Source: Tricharina praecox (Eukaryota). From it: a DNA stretch of 33,484 nt. The stretch is taken from positions 496,001 to 529,484 of the forward strand of contig NW_026250430.1 in the NCBI RefSeq assembly GCF_024521635.1, in the 5' to 3' direction. The position numbers and the translations under genes are program-made. Shown piece after piece: positions 30,001 through 33,484 of the stretch (its first letter is position 1; every line of letters starts with the position of its first letter). The notes under the pieces were generated by a model, which saw only the letters and a list, made by a program, of their open reading frames with translations, ran no database searches and was not told the DNA's origin.

Positions 30001-30815
30001 CCCCATGGAGGAGTCTCTCCTTCCTTGAGATCGATTGCGTGGTCGTAGGACTTGTGGTCGGGAAGCTTATCGGCTGCTTCCTTGCTCATGATGTTGGCAT
30101 ATCGTCTGAACTTCTCCGGAAGCAGATTCATGGGTGGATCTGATTCCAGCCCAGCTGAGACGTATCCAATAATGCGAGCCTCCGAATTGTGAATGACAGA
30201 CGTGTCAAGTTCCATCGGAAAGCTGGTTGCTTGTTGCAAGGTGCATTGTTCCTTGCATCGGGTGCTGGTGAAGCGAATTTTCTGTGCTTCATTCTTCCAC
30301 AACCCTGTCGGTTCATGCTTAGCCATCCACCAATACGGGAGGTAGGCATCGCAGTCGTCCAAGGGAGCCACTTCGAAGGTTTCGTTGGTGTAGTGGCTCC
30401 GGTGTTGAAGGAGCATCGGCATTGTATAATATTCCCCGGATCCTTTCACTATGTTTCCGTGGAAGTCCTTGATTTCCACCGGCTTGGGTCGTTGAATGAG
30501 GGGCAATCCAAGTTCTCGTGCAAGGCTTCGTTTGATGATCGGAATGGCACATCCTGTGTCAAGGAGTACTCGGATCCGTCGTCGCTTGTGCTCAGACCAG
30601 AGGAGCATCATTTCTATGATTGGTCGTGGTCCGCTGACAGGTTTTGGGGGCTCACACCCTGAGGCGCTCGGCGCGGTTGGACTCGTAGAAATAGGTTGGT
30701 CCGTTCGTCTTCGCTTATCTCTGGATTCACTGTCGATATCCTGAGGCCGTGGTCTCTTCGTTCCGCAAACATATACACTTGGCCGTCCAGTCTGCGGAGT
30801 GCTGGGGCCGCTCAA
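27006..30815 (-). CDS. pol: Pol of C2 (PR-RT-RNaseH-IN-chromodomain), -1 frame relative to gag
   Basis: 1269-codon ORF with LLDTGC, YIDD, ESDASD, HHCC, DDE core, GPF and YLVKWLNY. A few substitutions occur at conserved sites (VKPFG, ITYPP, EECDV). Confidence 0.94.
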   Translation of the reverse strand: MSGPSTPQTGRPSVYVCGTKRPRPQDIDSESRDKRRRTDQPISTSPTAPSASGCEPPKPVSGPRPIIEMMLLWSEHKRRRIRVLLDTGCAIPIIKRSLARELGLPLIQRPKPVEIKDFHGNIVKGSGEYYTMPMLLQHRSHYTNETFEVAPLDDCDAYLPYWWMAKHEPTGLWKNEAQKIRFTSTRCKEQCTLQQATSFPMELDTSVIHNSEARIIGYVSAGLESDPPMNLLPEKFRRYANIMSKEAADKLPDHKSYDHAIDLKEGETPPWGPIYALSEKELEALREWLKEMLQTGKIRRSKSPAGAPILFVPKAHGRGLRLCVDYRGINKITVANRYPLPIMAELQDRVRGAKVFTKIDLKNGYHLIRIKEGDEWKTAFRCRYGLFEFLVKPFGLTNAPATFQDMINHIFRDMLDLGLVAYIDDLLIYAKTHEELDKIVIEVLKRLEENKLAISPEKCVWSTGRVEFLGYVISQDGIEMAKDKVESVLSWEAPRSLKEVQAFLGFANFYRRFIKDFSKITRPLTESTKEKGKDWRWTAEMELAFEELKSRFTTAPILGHFNPELPVVVESDASDFALGAVLSQRTEDGKLHPVAFHSRKFTPAEINFEIHDKELLAIVDSFKRWRQYLEGAKHQIQVYSDHQNLKYFTTTKVLNRRQARWAQELAGIDFKIYYRPGSQNGKPDALSRRPEYRPEKGGGEDQPITTILHKSHFAGDDSRVSSISTGGESTVFLVSSTRLHSIPVPKWNEEFLGWVRKAGKEDAGYQEALSSIKDTNEDAAQKDTESEGRKAWELAAESRDSGRMGRKARILRMEEGCLYRKERLWVPDDKELVRHILEAEHDTKVAGHMGQDKTIELIRRNFWWPKMDEQIIDFVRSCAQCQKDKATRHQPYGLLNPLELPYTPWQSIAMDFITYPPESNGCDQLWVVVDRFTKMAHFIPLPKDGKIAEDLAKIFAREIWRFHGLPADIVSDRDSRFTSGTWKEFIRLLGIKPRMSTAFHPQTDGQTERLNQTIEAYLRSFVNYEQNDWVNLLPMAEFAYNNSVTSATGMSPFYANFGYHPSATNPAAANSLNPASKVYAHWMHTVHEENIKTLERTRERMRKYADQHRQEAPAYQVGDLVMLNGRNIQTRRPSRKLDHKNHGPFQIEKIVSPLAVKLTVPMKWKIHDVFHVSLVEPFRAGTRAPPDPSQILREADDVEGNEECDVDDVMGSSKKGRRVLYLVKWLNYPERRDWTNEPFVNFSVRGREKLREFHRKNPDAPRDYQLTDE

Positions 30816-30821
30816 AAATCC
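30762..30821 (-). promoter_or_regulatory. -1 frameshift signal: G GAT TTT plus predicted pseudoknot
   Basis: The heptamer at 30821-30815 directly precedes the gag TGA. The same heptamer occurs in B1 at 20868-20874, and two interleaved stems follow in both copies. Confidence 0.72.
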
Positions 30822-32815
30822 TCCGGCTCACTCTCATTCCTTTCCCAGAATGGAGGGGCCTCCGTCATTGCTTCATCCTCCACCACAACCGCCGCAGCCT
30901 TGTGTTGCTTGGACCTCGGTCGAGTGGGTTCGGCATCCTGGGTGTCCCGCTTTCTCTTTGTCACGGATGACACCTTTGGACTCTCGGGGAGTTCGGTACC
31001 CGCGACTGTTTTTCTGGCGTAGCATTGGAAGGTTCGGTGGCCGTCTCGTCCGCAACGCCAACAGTCGCACTTGGATGCTTTGTGGGCATCGATCTCCTTC
31101 TGGGGAACCCCTACCAGAGCCTCCTTTGCTCCTGCGTAGATGTCCCCTTCCCTTGTCCTTCCCTTCCTGACTCCTGTTGCTTCCTTGGCCTTTCGGCCCT
31201 CCGGGGACTCCCCGCTTTCCTTGCGGCCCCCGGGGTCTCTTCCCTTTCCTTGGCCCTGCCGGCCGTTGCCAGGTCCCTTCCGGTCGCCGCCGGAACCCTG
31301 GCTACCCGATCCCCCTTTCCTCATTGCCCTTGCCTTTTTCAGCGCGTCCCGTCGTTCCACATGGTTGCCAGCCCTGAGCACCGTTTCCAGGAAGTCTTCA
31401 TCGTCTTCGTAGGGTTCGGTGTGCTGGTTGAAGCACATATCAACGATGTCGGTAGTCATGGCCTGGTTGACTATGTCTTGTAGCGGTTCGCCGGTGGCGC
31501 GAGCGATCATGTTGAGCGATCGGAAGGAGGTCATGTAAGCCTGAATGTCTCCTTTGTATTCGAGGGCCCACATCCTTCTTAATGCGTTCGCTCCTTCCTG
31601 CGTGTCGCGGTACGCCTCCTTGAGTGCCTCTTGGTACGCCTGCCAGGTATCTTCCAAGTGTAGCTGCCTCAGGCTTTTTCGACGGGCCTGATGCCATTCT
31701 GCCGCTGTCCCTTCCAGTCGGGATCCCACCCACGCTATCTTCTGCTGCTCGTTTGTCTCTGGGTGGAACTCAAGATATTCTTCAACTGAGTCCCACCATG
31801 GACGGAAGGCTGTTCTTTGCTTGCCATCGAACGGCTTGGGCTCTTTCATTTTAAGCTTGATGGCCCTCGGGTTCGATGCGGAGACGGCAGCAGCGATGAT
31901 CCGAGCGAAGCGACTCTCTTCGTCTTCGTCGTCTTCTCTTGGTAGCGGAGCGTGTCGGTGACGGGGCGGCGAACGACGCGGCAAGGGGATGGAATCGTCA
32001 TCATCCGATGGTTCCTCATCCGAGGGATCACCTCCAAGGTTAGTCACCGGACGTCTTGGGGGTGGAGGAGGAGGGGACATTCCTGCACCTGCCGGAGTTT
32101 CCCTTGTTGCTGACCTTTCTGCCCGCGATCCTCCTCTTGGGGTGGTGTTTACCCACTCTGGGGCCTTTTCCTTCGCCTTCCCTGTCCTTACCTCTACAGC
32201 CTTCAATTTTTTCTCCGCTCGAGCGATTTTTTCCTAGATTCGCTGTTGCTCCTTGTAGAGGTACTCTGCCTTCTCTTCCTGTTTCCCTGCCCAAATTTCC
32301 ACGTTGCGGTTGTACACCGCTTGCTCCCTGCGTTGTTCGACTTGCGCCGTTTCGAGGAACACGATGGCGTCTTGTAGCCGAGCGTTTGCGACGCTTTGCA
32401 ACTCGCGGTTGTCTTCATCTTTCTGGTTACGTTCTCGAATAACTGCCCATACGTCGCTGCTCAGGGCGTGCGTTGCGTTCGCTACCGTTGACAGCTCGGT
32501 TCGAAGCCATTCTGTATTCATTTCGGCATTGTGAGCGTAGAGGTTGTACACATACTTGACCCCATCGCAGAGTTGTTCGTAGTTCCTTCTGATTTCCTGC
32601 ATTCTGGAGTCTTCTTCGTTGAACTTCTGATCGCATGCTTGGTAAAGTTGGCGCAGGTCTCTTTGTGCCGTTTGGTATTGGTGGTTCATCAGCCTGAGCC
32701 AAGCTGCTGGGTTTCGTACTTCGACAGTTTCGGATGCTTGCGGAATGCTAACGAGCGCATTGCTTAGGGTCTGAGGAAGTTCGAGGCGGAGCATCTCGAG
32801 GTTTGAGGAGGACAT
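30812..32815 (-). CDS. gag: Long Gag of C2 (667 codons) with one in-frame TAG at 32234-32236
   Basis: ORFs 32234..32815 and 30812..32206 are in the same frame, separated only by the TAG. EPKPFDGK capsid-like start and CWRCGRDGHRTFQC knuckle. Confidence 0.85.
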
Positions 32816-33484
32816 TTCGATAGAAATCGGTGACTGTAACCTTCAAGATTATAGTGTGAGACTGGGACGGGTTTGTGTCGTCGGAGTCTATAGTAAAATC
32901 GAGGATAGAATAAAAGTCAGGGATTTCGATAATTCACAACGGAATAATCTTAAGGGTGTTTCTTCGATGGTTTGTTCGGTGCGATGATCGTGGTTTGGTT
33001 CGGTTTGCCTGCTCGGTTCGACTTATAGTCGTTCCGATCCTCAGCACGTGATTCCTCTAGAGTGCGGCCTAACGTAGCTCCGTTGCTTCCTTTGCATCGG
33101 AGTTCCGCGGCCTAGCCTCGAGTCGCCGTCAGCTCTCTTCGGATAGTCTTCTCGACTAGGCAGGTGGTCAACACCACGCGCCCAAGATAGATCGGAGTTT
33201 CCGAGCAATTATATCCCTCATGCGCCGGCAGAGTTCTTCGCTCGAAGTTGTCTGCCCCCATCGGTCGATGTTCGATTCTCTCGTCATAACAGTTTTTCCC
33301 TGGATCGGAGTTCCTACTGCGGGGCCCTATGAACGGAGATCTCAAAGTCCTCTGGACTGTTATCCCGATCTCCCGCATCTCCGATCACTGTCTAGACTCT
33401 GGAATCCGTTTGCTCCCTCCTTCCTATCTTGTCCTCGATCGCTTCTAACTATCCTTTCGGCTCGCAACTGTATTCTAATCACCC

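Larger units (their letters stand above)
26176..33484 (-). mobile_element. Near-complete family-C chromovirus (C2); 3' LTR 26176-26864, 5' LTR 32855->33484 (runs off the window)
   Basis: Two similar LTRs (roughly 15-20 differences by eye over the 630 comparable bp), PBS 32840-32852, PPT 26865-26880, gag with one internal TAG and an open pol. Confidence 0.96.

Noticed and set aside
32234..32236. Programmed stop-codon readthrough or a separate ORF1 in C2
   Set aside because: The aligned position in B1 is a sense codon, the context TAG-GAA is not a known readthrough motif, and one CAG-to-TAG change explains it. Other C copies are needed to be sure.

Overview
Eukaryotic DNA, very probably a filamentous ascomycete (short GT-AG introns with CTRAC branch sites). 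Bases 1-1337 hold the 3' part of an intron-containing oxysterol-binding protein gene. At 3175-3357 (-) there is a likely unannotated 60-aa protein with an N-myristoylation motif and a RanBP2-like zinc finger. From 4856 to the end, the window is one nest of LTR retrotransposons, at least six insertion levels deep. It contains a Ty1/copia relic at the base and three Ty3/gypsy chromovirus families, called A, B and C here. These include one near-intact young A copy (11297-17382), one nearly intact C copy (26176->33484), degenerate copies and solo LTRs. A fourth family, D, is a 406-bp non-coding miniature LTR element (TRIM, 6018-6423) with two further solo LTRs. D is the best candidate for an undescribed system: an A-box-like motif sits in its LTR, a tRNA-3'-like B-box sits in its internal region, the predicted 5' end is complementary to its own PBS, and its termini and PPT match family A. 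The chromoviruses show self-priming PBS complementarity and -1 frameshift signals, including a covarying pseudoknot. All alignments and folds were done by eye; no database searches were run.
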